From contig JAZQTQ010000034.1 in the NCBI GenBank assembly GCA_045630885.1, forward strand, positions 18,606 to 82,605: 64,000 nucleotides of DNA, read 5' to 3'. Position 1 is the first letter of the stretch. Each line of letters begins with the position of its first letter. The notes beneath the pieces are model-generated. The model was not told where the DNA came from and did not search any database. It saw only the letters and a program-made list of their open reading frames with translations. The stretch comes from Acutalibacteraceae bacterium (GTDB lineage: Bacteria; Bacillota; Clostridia; Oscillospirales; Acutalibacteraceae). The position numbers and the translations under genes are program-made. Below, in pieces: positions 26,892 to 36,541 of this stretch.

Positions 26892-28871
26892 TTAGCCCTC
26901 TCTTTCAGAAGTTTTATCAACCAAAAAGCTATGTTTAGGAAATCTCTTGCTAAAAGGCGGAAGCGACTCATATTCTCCGTATGTTATCCTTAAAATCTCA
27001 TCATACCCGCAAGGAATCGGAAAATTATAATTTTCAAAACTGATATTCTGAGCTTTATCAAAGCAACTTTTCGGATAAGTTTCTCTGTTTGCCGAATAAA
27101 GACTTCCGTAATTTATAAGTTTAGAAGAACCCTTACCATTGTTCTTTTGCATTAAACCGTTAATTATTTTATGCAAAAATTTTGGTGTTACAAAAAGCGA
27201 TGCCACCTTCAGTAGTGCATACTTTATTGAACCATAGTCATGAGAATACCCGGTTCTTTGCCAAAGCATAATCTTAAATAAAGTGATAATTTTTTCGAGT
27301 ATTTGGCATTTTTTATTATTCATTGGCGCATCGTCCAACGGGAATATATCAATTCCGGGAGACGTTGAAAGGCCGATTCCCTCAAGACGCTTATTAATAA
27401 ACTTTGTTTTTCGTTTTAATAATACCTTTGCGCAAATTGTCCAATGTTTTGGATTTGTTTCAAAACAATCCAAAACGTAATCCTCGCCGAGTTCGCTTGG
27501 AGCTATCGCAATGAATTTCTTATATTCCTCTCGCTTCATACAGATATCAACATCATCGTCCCAAGGAATAAAACCATTGTGTCGAACAGCGCCCAACAAC
27601 GTGCCCTCAGTGAAATAATATTCGATATTCTGCTTTTTACATATAGAATCGACCTTTTTCAGCGCATCTAATGCAATTCCCTGAAGTTCTTTAACCTCGT
27701 AACAAGTCCTGTATTTTCTTAAAAATTTATCAATATAAAGTTCGTCAAATTGGTTGCCAACGTTGAAAATATTAGAATAAATTTCAAGAAGCGCTTCTTT
27801 TTCCAGTTTAACGGGGTTATTCTTCAATCTCTCCACATTAACGGAAGAAGCAAGACTTTCTATATCATTTTCTTCCTTTAGTTTTGGAAATTCGATGCCT
27901 AAATATTTAAGCAATCGGAAAAATCTATAAACAGACTGATGGTGTTTATCGACATAAAAGAGCTCGTCTAACGTTTCAAAAATATTTTCGAGCCATTCTT
28001 TGCCTCTTTTATCGATGCAATCTTCCGTATGCTCAATCATATATCTCCAAACGTAAGCAAGACTTACAGCGACCGAATGGCCATGAGAAAAACCATATTT
28101 TGTTGTTAGTTTATAACTCATCGCGTGCGGCGCAGTTGTTCGAGAAATATTAATGGCTTGTCCCGAATAATTTGAAGCAACAGAAATATTGGTGAGAGCG
28201 TCTTCATCATTACTTAAATAGCCATAAAGATTTGCAAGAATAGTTCTGATTGCGGTTTTGGCATATTCAATGCTTTCTTCTGTTGAATTAACAGACCATA
28301 ATGACTCTATCGCCTGACAAAGAGCGTCAAGAACAGTTGCTCTTCTTTGATAATCAGATAAAGTTTTAAGAAACTCAGGTTCAAGAACAACAAATTCAGG
28401 AATAATACTATCGCTCGTTACGGATTGTTTCTCTCCGTCTTTATAAAACACAGCAAATTTTGTTGATTCACTGCCCGAACCAGCTGTTGTTGGTATACAC
28501 AAATGTAAAACTCCGTTATCTGTGTATTCGCCCTTTAAATAATCAGATTCTTCGGGCAAACTCGAAAAAAGTTTTATACATTTTGCAACATCAATTGTGC
28601 TGCCGCCACCAACAGAAATCAAAAGATCACAGTTTTCTTTTTTAAAGACCTCAATACCTTTAAGTATATCCTCATAACAAGGATTTGGGGAATAATCGCT
28701 AAAATAAACGATATTCAAATTGAGGGATTCAAAATACTCTTTTAAAAAAGACGAATTATATGTATTACTGCAAACAAGGAGCGGTTTTAACGCTCCTATT
28801 TTTTTGATTATTGATTTTATATTTTGATACGAACCAAAGCCGCTATAGATAATCTGCTTTTTATAAGACAA
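26892..28871 (-). CDS. Fusion protein: iron-containing alcohol dehydrogenase domain (N) + LicD-family phosphotransferase domain (C)
   Basis: Residues ~1-290 carry Fe-ADH motifs (SVGGGSTIDVAKCIK, PTTAGSGSE, HAMSY...HGHSVA). Residues ~400-659 carry LicD motifs (FTEGTLLGAVRHNGFIPWDDDVDICM). Confidence 0.8.
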   Translation of the reverse strand: MSYKKQIIYSGFGSYQNIKSIIKKIGALKPLLVCSNTYNSSFLKEYFESLNLNIVYFSDYSPNPCYEDILKGIEVFKKENCDLLISVGGGSTIDVAKCIKLFSSLPEESDYLKGEYTDNGVLHLCIPTTAGSGSESTKFAVFYKDGEKQSVTSDSIIPEFVVLEPEFLKTLSDYQRRATVLDALCQAIESLWSVNSTEESIEYAKTAIRTILANLYGYLSNDEDALTNISVASNYSGQAINISRTTAPHAMSYKLTTKYGFSHGHSVAVSLAYVWRYMIEHTEDCIDKRGKEWLENIFETLDELFYVDKHHQSVYRFFRLLKYLGIEFPKLKEENDIESLASSVNVERLKNNPVKLEKEALLEIYSNIFNVGNQFDELYIDKFLRKYRTCYEVKELQGIALDALKKVDSICKKQNIEYYFTEGTLLGAVRHNGFIPWDDDVDICMKREEYKKFIAIAPSELGEDYVLDCFETNPKHWTICAKVLLKRKTKFINKRLEGIGLSTSPGIDIFPLDDAPMNNKKCQILEKIITLFKIMLWQRTGYSHDYGSIKYALLKVASLFVTPKFLHKIINGLMQKNNGKGSSKLINYGSLYSANRETYPKSCFDKAQNISFENYNFPIPCGYDEILRITYGEYESLPPFSKRFPKHSFLVDKTSEREG

Positions 28872-28904
28872 TATAAAAACCTTCTTTTAAGTTGTGATAA
28901 GTTA

Positions 28905-29654
28905 TTATTTTTTTGGGTCGCCTGTTATTGAACGATAAACCTCTGCAACTTCATCAACATCTCCGCTGGCGATGATTTTGCCATGCTCCAATATTATCGC
29001 TTTATTGCAAAGACGCTGAACCTGTTCGACAGAATGAGAAACAAACAAAACGGTTGCGCCGTCTTCGAACATATCACGAATTTTTTGTTCGCTCTTTTTC
29101 CTGAATTTCGCATCGCCAACCGATAAAACCTCATCGAGAATAAGAATTTCAGGTTTTATTATCGTTGCAATTGAAAAGCCCAGTCTGGAGCGCATACCCG
29201 ACGAATAATTTTTAAGGGGAACGTCAATAAATTTGCCGAGTTCCGAAAACTCAACAATTTCGTCATATTTACTTTCAAGGAAAGAATGAGAAAACCCAAG
29301 CACAGAACCATATAGATATATATTCTCTGCGCCCGTATATTGAGGATCAAAGCCTGCGCCAAGTTCAAGAAGCGGAGCAATTTTGCCACGTCTTTTAACG
29401 CTTCCTTCTGTTGGGTCATAAACACCTGCAATAACCTTTAAAAGTGTACTTTTTCCGGCACCGTTCAGGCCCAAAATTCCAAGTCTATCACCTTTATCCA
29501 AAGAAAAGGAAATGTCTTTTAACGCCCAAAACTCATTATAATGAATATCACGTTTTAATGATTTAATAATAAAATCCTTCAAAGTATCAACCTTTTCACG
29601 ACTTAGGTTGAACTTCATACTAACGTTATTTACTTCGAGAATTTTCTTAGCCAT
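28905..29654 (-). CDS. Polysaccharide/teichoic-acid export ABC transporter ATP-binding protein (TagH-like)
   Basis: MAKKILEVNNVSMKF..., Walker A GLNGAGKST, signature YSSGM, Walker B ILILDE. The start is set at ATG 29654. The track ORF carries a 44-codon extension overlapping the permease gene. Confidence 0.9.
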   Translation of the reverse strand: MAKKILEVNNVSMKFNLSREKVDTLKDFIIKSLKRDIHYNEFWALKDISFSLDKGDRLGILGLNGAGKSTLLKVIAGVYDPTEGSVKRRGKIAPLLELGAGFDPQYTGAENIYLYGSVLGFSHSFLESKYDEIVEFSELGKFIDVPLKNYSSGMRSRLGFSIATIIKPEILILDEVLSVGDAKFRKKSEQKIRDMFEDGATVLFVSHSVEQVQRLCNKAIILEHGKIIASGDVDEVAEVYRSITGDPKK

Positions 29655-29670
29655 ATTCCATTTCCTTTCA

Positions 29671-30510
29671 TTAGATTTCAAGAATAAACTTATTCTGCTT
29701 TTTGAAGAAGAAATAAACTCCAATAACAATGCAGATAATTGAGAAGGCAGTTGAATATGCGAACATTGCCAAATCAAATGGCGCATCGCCTATAATACAA
29801 TTTCTGAAATTGGTTATGATGCAGTAAACTGGATTAAGATAAATGAAAGCCACTTTCCAATCAATGGCGCCGGAAGAAAAAGCAGACATCACCGATGTGA
29901 AATTAAGTTCAACAGCGCTATCTCCCAAGAACGACGAAGGATAATAGAATATCGCCGACATATACATAAGAAGTGTTGTTAAAACTGTCCAAAGGTATTC
30001 CATATCTCTAAAGAAAACACCAATTGTTGCTAAAACCATTCCAACTCCATAAGAAAGCAAGAATACTTGAATCAAAGGAAGCACAGAAAGAAGCCATTTA
30101 AAGCTTGGATAAACTCCAAGAACACAAGAAACAATAACCAAAACAATTAAAGAAATTAAGAAAATAACGTAATTATATAGCGCTTCTGAAAGAGGATAAA
30201 GATATTTAGGCACATAAACCTTTTTTATCATACCGGCATTGCTTCTGATTGATTTAAGACAAGATTTAGTCGTTGATGAAAAACACTGAAAAACCAGACG
30301 TCCGCAAAGAATATAAACGGGATACGTATGGTCTCCCCTGCCAAGCAAAGTTCCAAAAACAAAGGTCAAAACAATCATCATTAAAAGCGGTTCTAAAAGA
30401 GTCCAGATAACGCCAAGATATGACCTTCTGTATCTCAATTTAATGCCCTTCTTAACGAGTTCCATAAGAAGGAATCGGTACTTAATAAAATTATCTAATA
30501 TCTTACTCAT
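29671..30510 (-). CDS. ABC-2 type polysaccharide/teichoic-acid export permease (TagG-like)
   Basis: 279 aa, about 6 TM segments. N-terminal YRFLLMELVKKGIKLRYRRSYLGVIWTLLEPLL is typical of ABC-2 exporters. Confidence 0.85.
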   Translation of the reverse strand: MSKILDNFIKYRFLLMELVKKGIKLRYRRSYLGVIWTLLEPLLMMIVLTFVFGTLLGRGDHTYPVYILCGRLVFQCFSSTTKSCLKSIRSNAGMIKKVYVPKYLYPLSEALYNYVIFLISLIVLVIVSCVLGVYPSFKWLLSVLPLIQVFLLSYGVGMVLATIGVFFRDMEYLWTVLTTLLMYMSAIFYYPSSFLGDSAVELNFTSVMSAFSSGAIDWKVAFIYLNPVYCIITNFRNCIIGDAPFDLAMFAYSTAFSIICIVIGVYFFFKKQNKFILEI

Positions 30511-30639
30511 ACTACACCTTTAATCTGCAAAATTATAATTCTATATAGAAAATTATACCACTTTTTCAAAAACAATTCAACATTTATATTCTTTTCTTGC
30601 AAAATTGTAATATTTCATATTTTTATCAATCTAACAAAA

Positions 30640-31611
30640 CTAGTTATTAAAACATATATTTTGCGTAGTTTTAAGCGGAAAAACGACAACGTTTCTGCCA
30701 TTTTTCAATTCTTCTGACAACCGAACAGCATTAATTTGACTGTTTTCATAGGTCTTGTAATAATATACGCCTTCATCGACGTTGCAACAACTTGTATATA
30801 CAGTCTTTTTTGAGCCTTGGTCGGACAGAACGCTTCCATCAACAATGCTAACAGACGACATAATATGAAAAAACTGCGAAACTATTGACGCTTCATCGCT
30901 ATAATTTGCTGAATTGGATTTTAAAAATGAGGCTCTAACAAATCTTGACATAGATGAAAAATCTCCGGGTAGTCCTATTGCTCCAAGACCTGCGCTATAT
31001 TCTTTAATTGCCATCTTAAACGCTCGGTTTTCAGAGTTATTTTTTGATGATAAACCACTATAATTATTAAGATTTAAAAGCTGAATATCTATTGGCGGAG
31101 AATTAGTTAAAACCCCAATCGGATTTTCTATAAACGCTAAGCCTTTTTCGGTTTGCTCCAATACATAGGATTCTTTTTTATCTGAAACAATCCAATGAAG
31201 CGGAGTTGACGGGAATTTTTCGTTAAACGTTTCGTCGGTTATATTAACATTTTCGAAAAGTTTTTTCGCTTCGGAAACAGACTTAAAATTAGATAGAAGA
31301 TAAGGGATTATTTCGAAAGAAGGCAGATTTAATGCGTTTTTTGTTGGCTGGCCATAAACCGCATAGTGAGGAAAATTCAGCGCTGCAACGCAAAGCCCTT
31401 CTTCGTTTACTCCTTCATAAAACAAGGGATAGCCCTCAAAAAGAGTTGCTATCCCTATTAATGCATAATGCTTGCTTGAATTTTGCCCACATCTTAATTT
31501 GAAATCAAATTCACGCGGAGCTATAACAACGCTTTCCCCATAAGAATATTCCAAATCAAGCGTTCTTCCAAAATAATGATTATTGTTTAAAAAACTAATA
31601 GCTGTACACAT
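30640..31611 (-). CDS. Choloylglycine hydrolase family (Ntn linear-amide C-N hydrolase; bile-salt hydrolase / penicillin V acylase-like)
   Basis: 323 aa. Begins MCTAISF, with the Cys2 nucleophile exposed after Met removal. Contains a GLPGD motif. Confidence 0.85.
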   Translation of the reverse strand: MCTAISFLNNNHYFGRTLDLEYSYGESVVIAPREFDFKLRCGQNSSKHYALIGIATLFEGYPLFYEGVNEEGLCVAALNFPHYAVYGQPTKNALNLPSFEIIPYLLSNFKSVSEAKKLFENVNITDETFNEKFPSTPLHWIVSDKKESYVLEQTEKGLAFIENPIGVLTNSPPIDIQLLNLNNYSGLSSKNNSENRAFKMAIKEYSAGLGAIGLPGDFSSMSRFVRASFLKSNSANYSDEASIVSQFFHIMSSVSIVDGSVLSDQGSKKTVYTSCCNVDEGVYYYKTYENSQINAVRLSEELKNGRNVVVFPLKTTQNICFNN

Positions 31612-31653
31612 AATATAACCTTCCTTTCAGATTATATTATTTCCGCTTTTTTA

Positions 31654-32802
31654 TTAATCAATTATTTCTTTATATAAATTTTCAACGGTTTGAGCAAACA
31701 CACTCTTATCAAATTTTTTCGCCATCTCTGCGCTCTTTTGACCCATTTTTTGAGAAATCTCATAAGATTCGGTTATTTTTTCAAAACCTTTAATAAATTC
31801 GTCATACGTATTATATGTAAAACCGCTTTCCCCGTTCAATATAACGTCATCAAGGCAGGAATCTTCTCTGCACAAAAGCGGAAGCCCGTTTGCCGCCGCT
31901 TCAACATAAGTTAAACCTTGCGTTTCACTCGTTGAAGCGCTAACAAACATATCTCCGAGCTGATAATAATAATGAACCTCTCCCGGCTCAACCATACCCG
32001 TGAATATGATTTTATCTCCTACGCCGGATTTTTGCGCAAGTTCTTTGAGTTCATTTTCAGCGGGACCAACTCCCACTATCAGAAAATAAACGTCGTTAAA
32101 GGTTTCGCTCATTCTTTTAAAATAATCAATAAGCTCAGGAAGATTCTTTTCGGTTCCGAGACGACCAAGGTTTAGAAGCACGCGACTCCTTGCGGGAATA
32201 CCGAGTTGAAGCCTTTTTTTCGCTCTTTCTTCTTCTATAATTCTGACCTTATGCTGTTCTAGATTTATTCCCGTTGGAATGATTTTAATAGGTTTTTTAA
32301 GTCCATAACCCAACAAGGTTTTTTCAACCTTTTTGGTTGGAGTTATCACAACCCTAACAGGCCTTAATCTCAGTTTAGATAAGAAGCCAACAACCGCTTT
32401 AGCGCTTTTTTTCAGGGGCAAAACGTAGCCGATATATTCTTCATACATCGTGTGATAAGTATGCACTATCGGTGCGCCTGTTTTCCTTGAAATTTTCTTT
32501 GCAAAACCCAAAGTAAAAAATTCACATTGACTATGAATAACATCGGGCTTCCATTCGATTAACTCTTTTATCAAATGATGACAAGAAGCAAAAGACATTC
32601 TGATGTCGGGATAAACAGCGCCCAACGGAAGCGATCTGATAAAATAAACGTCGCCTTCTTTATAACTTCTGTGCGTTTCTGAAAGAGTTAATATTTTTAC
32701 CTCGTGTCCCATCTCAACAAGTTCTTGGAATAGATTTTTAACCGAGGTTACAACTCCATTAGTTTTAACTGTATATAAATCGGTGGTAATTAAAATCTTC
32801 AA
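31654..32802 (-). CDS. GT4-family glycosyltransferase (diacylglycerol glycosyltransferase-like)
   Basis: 382 aa. Has an N-terminal GT4 domain (TNGVVTSVKNL) and the C-terminal E-x7-E region (SETQGLTYVEAAANGLP). Confidence 0.85.
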   Translation of the reverse strand: MKILITTDLYTVKTNGVVTSVKNLFQELVEMGHEVKILTLSETHRSYKEGDVYFIRSLPLGAVYPDIRMSFASCHHLIKELIEWKPDVIHSQCEFFTLGFAKKISRKTGAPIVHTYHTMYEEYIGYVLPLKKSAKAVVGFLSKLRLRPVRVVITPTKKVEKTLLGYGLKKPIKIIPTGINLEQHKVRIIEEERAKKRLQLGIPARSRVLLNLGRLGTEKNLPELIDYFKRMSETFNDVYFLIVGVGPAENELKELAQKSGVGDKIIFTGMVEPGEVHYYYQLGDMFVSASTSETQGLTYVEAAANGLPLLCREDSCLDDVILNGESGFTYNTYDEFIKGFEKITESYEISQKMGQKSAEMAKKFDKSVFAQTVENLYKEIID

Positions 32803-32912
32803 AAAGATTCAACCCCCTTAAATTTTAAATGAAATTAACAGGGTTATAATACCACTTTTACGAAAAAAAGTCAAGATTTCCGAAAGCAAAAAGCGACGGT
32901 AATCCGCCGCTT

Positions 32913-33254
32913 TTATTTGTTTATCGCAATATTTCCGATTACATCATAAGAATTAATCAGAACATCGGAATTTTCAATATAAAGGCAAGAAATGTCGTTT
33001 TTCTTTATATAGCTTTTTATGCCCGAAATAAAATCATCGCTATAAATAACGTCGATATTCACGTTTGCGGATTTCGAAATATCATATAGAGTTTTTAGTT
33101 CACTTGCACGTTTTTGAGCAGAAGAATTTTTAGGCTGTATCGTTACTACCTTAAGAACATCCTCGCCTCTTTGCGCAAAATTTTTCGCACGCTCTATAAC
33201 CGATATATAAGATTTTTCAGGCAAAACACAAACAACCACGTTACCTTTTGACAT
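32913..33254 (-). CDS. Hypothetical protein (113 aa)
   Basis: ORF with a terminator downstream (32888-32915 region). No family is recognised, though it may be a USP-like alpha/beta fold. Confidence 0.5.
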   Translation of the reverse strand: MSKGNVVVCVLPEKSYISVIERAKNFAQRGEDVLKVVTIQPKNSSAQKRASELKTLYDISKSANVNIDVIYSDDFISGIKSYIKKNDISCLYIENSDVLINSYDVIGNIAINK

Positions 33255-33348
33255 AGCATTTCTCCTAATCTAACAATTAATTTCATATTAATATTATATA
33301 TTTGAAATGCTAATAAATATTATAGTTTGTTTGAACTGTTTGTGAATT

Positions 33349-35316
33349 TTAACCTATACTTTTTAAAACGTGCAACTCATAAGGTTCAAGTTTTATTGTT
33401 TGTTCATAAACTTCTTCGGATATGATATCTTTAAACTTACCGTCAAATCTGAATTCGCCCGTTTTTCCGCCAACAGAAGCAACGATATACAACGTATCAT
33501 CGCCCAAAACTCGTTGTGTTACCATCAAACCGTCGTCAACGTCATAAACTTTAGCATCGGCTAATTTTGCCGCTTTCTGCATTATTCTTATGAGCTCTTT
33601 GTCTTCGGGAAGTGTTCCAAGCATAACAACGCAGCCTTTTCCAACCTTCTTAACAAACGTTGCGCACTTGCCGATAAGCGCAGAATGTCCCTCTTTAACC
33701 GTTAGCCACGGCTCGAAATCGCCATCATCGAACAATTCATAAATTGCGCTTCCGTGAACCGGCTCGCCTTTTTCATTTTCTAAAGTTATTGAGTTGTTAT
33801 CATCAGGAAGGATATATGAAAGTCTGGTATTGGTAATATCTTCAAAAGAGCCATAGGGAGAGGTTTTATATTTCGTACCGATTTTCGTCCTTATATCGCT
33901 CATAGGTCCGGTAACCCAAACACCACCATCTTTAACCCATTCTGCAATTCTCTCGCTAAAGTTATGTTCCTCGAAAGTATATGCAGTTGGGGTGAAAATA
34001 AGCTTATATTTTTCAAGATTTTCCTGAGCATCTATTACGTCGGGATGAATACCTGAAGAAACCAATGTTTTATAGAACTTATCCATTAAACCGCAATCTT
34101 TATCGAAAGCCGGGTTTATTACCTGAGTTAATTTTATATTCCAATTAAGAGAAGTTAAAAGCAATGCAGTATCTGATTTAACCTTATAGTCCGTTATGAA
34201 ATCAGATATTTTTTCTATTTCCGAAACTGCTTTTTTGATTTCTCCGTTTGCATAAGTATATCTGCCCGACGTATCAAGAACTGCACCATGCATAAGCTCA
34301 TGACCCGCCCAATGAGTGCGCCAAAGCCAAAACAGATTTGCGGAACCGCCCAAAACAATCGGGAGCCACGTATTCATATACACGAAACCTTCGCCCATAA
34401 GAGAGTGTCCAAAGCCTGTTGAACCATTCCAGCAAGGTTGCGTTTCTGTATTCCAAAAAGGTTGCTTTGAAAAGTTTCTTAAATAGTCCATCCATTGCGC
34501 TACTTCTAAAAAATCAGTTTCGTAATGGTTGAATTGAACAACGTCCAGAGGTTCGTGAAGTTCTCTGTAATCGAACCCGTTGAAGGGGTCAACGTCTGTT
34601 CCAACCGGCACAGACGAATATTTCTTAATAATCTCTGCTTGTTTTCCAACGAATCTTTTATGTGCATCAAAATGCGAAAGGTTCCATTCGAGTCTTATAT
34701 GAGGATTGTGCCAGGTGTTAAAAGGCATGGGAATATCCTCAATTTCGTCATAAGCCTGACTAAATAAATTGAGGTTCCATTCTTTATTAATGGTTTCAAC
34801 GTTACCATATTTAGCTTTTAGATGCCTATGGAAATCTGCAATACAATGTTCACAGCAACAACCGTGGTTCCAATGGTATATTTCATTATCAATCTGCCAA
34901 CCGATAACGCCCGCATCATTTGCAAATTCACTAGCGAGTTTTTCAACGATATTATATGAGTATCTTAAATAATCGGGATTGTTTGAGCAACAATGACGCC
35001 TTCCCCCATGACTTGTTCTAACGCCGTTTGGGTCTAAAGTCATCATTTCGGGGAATTTTTTCGCTAACCAGCTTGGTGGAGTTGCAGTTGGAGTTCCCAA
35101 AATCACTCCAATTCCCGCATTGTGCATTTTATCAACAACTCTATGAAGCCAATCAAACTCATAAACACCCTCAGAGGGCTCCATTTTCTTCCATGCAAAC
35201 TCGGCTATTCTTACAACGTTAAAGCCACATTCGAGCATTTTTTCAATATCAAAATCTATATTTTCTTCATCCCAATCTTCGGGGTAATAGTTAGCGCCAA
35301 TTAAGATTTTGTTCAT
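33349..35316 (-). CDS. GH42 beta-galactosidase
   Basis: 655 aa. N-terminal GANYYPEDWDEENIDFDIEKMLECGFNVVRIAEFAWKKMEPSEG plus catalytic-region QIDNE and the Cys cluster CCCEHC are typical of GH42. Confidence 0.9.
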   Translation of the reverse strand: MNKILIGANYYPEDWDEENIDFDIEKMLECGFNVVRIAEFAWKKMEPSEGVYEFDWLHRVVDKMHNAGIGVILGTPTATPPSWLAKKFPEMMTLDPNGVRTSHGGRRHCCSNNPDYLRYSYNIVEKLASEFANDAGVIGWQIDNEIYHWNHGCCCEHCIADFHRHLKAKYGNVETINKEWNLNLFSQAYDEIEDIPMPFNTWHNPHIRLEWNLSHFDAHKRFVGKQAEIIKKYSSVPVGTDVDPFNGFDYRELHEPLDVVQFNHYETDFLEVAQWMDYLRNFSKQPFWNTETQPCWNGSTGFGHSLMGEGFVYMNTWLPIVLGGSANLFWLWRTHWAGHELMHGAVLDTSGRYTYANGEIKKAVSEIEKISDFITDYKVKSDTALLLTSLNWNIKLTQVINPAFDKDCGLMDKFYKTLVSSGIHPDVIDAQENLEKYKLIFTPTAYTFEEHNFSERIAEWVKDGGVWVTGPMSDIRTKIGTKYKTSPYGSFEDITNTRLSYILPDDNNSITLENEKGEPVHGSAIYELFDDGDFEPWLTVKEGHSALIGKCATFVKKVGKGCVVMLGTLPEDKELIRIMQKAAKLADAKVYDVDDGLMVTQRVLGDDTLYIVASVGGKTGEFRFDGKFKDIISEEVYEQTIKLEPYELHVLKSIG

Positions 35317-35476
35317 AAAAACTCATCCTTTCACATTTTAAATGCAAAATAATATGCAAATTTTTTCTACTTTAATTTTAAGAAATAAAACTTTTTTCAA
35401 GAAAAAATTATCAGTTTTATTCCGGTCTGCATTTCACTTGACAGAACGTTTGCCGATAATTTCAACAAATTCAAAT

Positions 35477-35875
35477 TTACTTCTTTATTATTTTTTTGCA
35501 CCAAGTTCGTTTATTACATTCAGGACACATCAAGTAACGAGTAGTTCCTCTGTGCATCGCCCACAATGCTTGCGAATAAGTAGGCACAATTTCATAACCG
35601 CAATTTTTGCATTTATAAGCGCCCACGCTGACTTCAAGCTTTAGCACATATAAACACGGTATTAAAAACACAACGCAAACACCAAGAATAACAACAAGCT
35701 GCCAGACTCCTTCGGGAACCAAAAACACTGCAACAAAAATACCTGCAAATAGGGCCGTCAGACTTACAATTATAATTACCCACATAGAAGACCAAATTGT
35801 TTTATTTTTCTTCTCTATTTCTTTTGCCATATCCAGCAAAAGCTGTTCGTTTTTCTGATTATCATTATTTTCCAT
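35477..35875 (-). CDS. Hypothetical membrane protein with C-terminal zinc-ribbon
   Basis: 132 aa. Has two predicted TM helices followed by CKNCG...CPECN. Confidence 0.6.
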   Translation of the reverse strand: MENNDNQKNEQLLLDMAKEIEKKNKTIWSSMWVIIIVSLTALFAGIFVAVFLVPEGVWQLVVILGVCVVFLIPCLYVLKLEVSVGAYKCKNCGYEIVPTYSQALWAMHRGTTRYLMCPECNKRTWCKKIIKK

Positions 35876-36395
35876 ATTACTTTCCTCACTACTTAATAAT
35901 TAATTTAATCTTTTTCCTTGCTCGGATTATATATATTACTTATTTTCTCCAACATTTCTTTTTCCGTCTTGCTGTTGCTCATAATTTTCATCACAAACAG
36001 GTATTATATACACGCTCTCGTGTGTAGTATCGAAGATGGTACCTATTTTTTATAACGCGATTTTTCTCGAAATTTCTGCTATTTGTTTATTGTTTAAAAG
36101 GCTATTAGCAAGCACCCAAACGTGATGGTAGTAATCTTTTTTCTGTTGTATTTTTCATTTTCTCAAATTTTAACTTTCAGCAATATTATTATCTTTTACA
36201 TTTTCGCTTGCCTGATAATTCATAACAACCTTTGCAAGAGCATTATCCCATATATCTTGCAATTCGTCAAGATACTTTTATGAAAAACAAGTAACAAACA
36301 TCGACCCTTCGACCACTTTGCCTTTTAGCGTTCGCTGTTCGTCCGCAGTATGCGCTCCCGCGAAAACCTGAACCCCTTAGACTCAGAAAAATTGC

Positions 36396-36429
36396 AAGAA
36401 AAAAAGACAGTCGAAAGACTGTCTTTTTT
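36396..36429 (-). terminator. Terminator after tRNA-Pro
   Basis: On the minus strand: AAGACAGTC-TTTC-GACTGTCTT followed by TTTTTTT. Confidence 0.6.
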
Positions 36430-36506
36430 TGGTCCGAGTGACTGGAGTCGAACCAGCGGCCTCTTGAACCCCATTCAAGCGCTCTACCAAACTGAGCCAC
36501 ACCCGG
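36430..36506 (-). tRNA. tRNA-Pro (anticodon GGG)
   Basis: The minus strand reads CCGGGTG TG GCTC AGTTTGGTA GAGC G CTTGA ATGGGGT TCAAG AGGCC GCTGG TTCGACT CCAGT CACTCGG A CCA. The cloverleaf folds by hand, with U33, G37 and an encoded CCA. Confidence 0.9.
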
Positions 36507-36541
36507 ATATAAGCGGATCTTTAAGATCCGTTTAATTTTGA

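Noticed and set aside
36300-36395. The GC-rich patch as a tRNA fragment/att duplication or a known riboswitch (TPP, c-di-GMP, cobalamin and others).
   Set aside because: It does not repeat the tRNA-Pro 3' end. I could not fold a cloverleaf or match any riboswitch core motif by eye. It is kept only as a low-confidence observation pending an Rfam scan.
36267-36535. Track ORFs 36267-36500(-) and 36350-36535(+).
   Set aside because: Both run through tRNA-Pro (36430-36506) and its terminator, so they are spurious.
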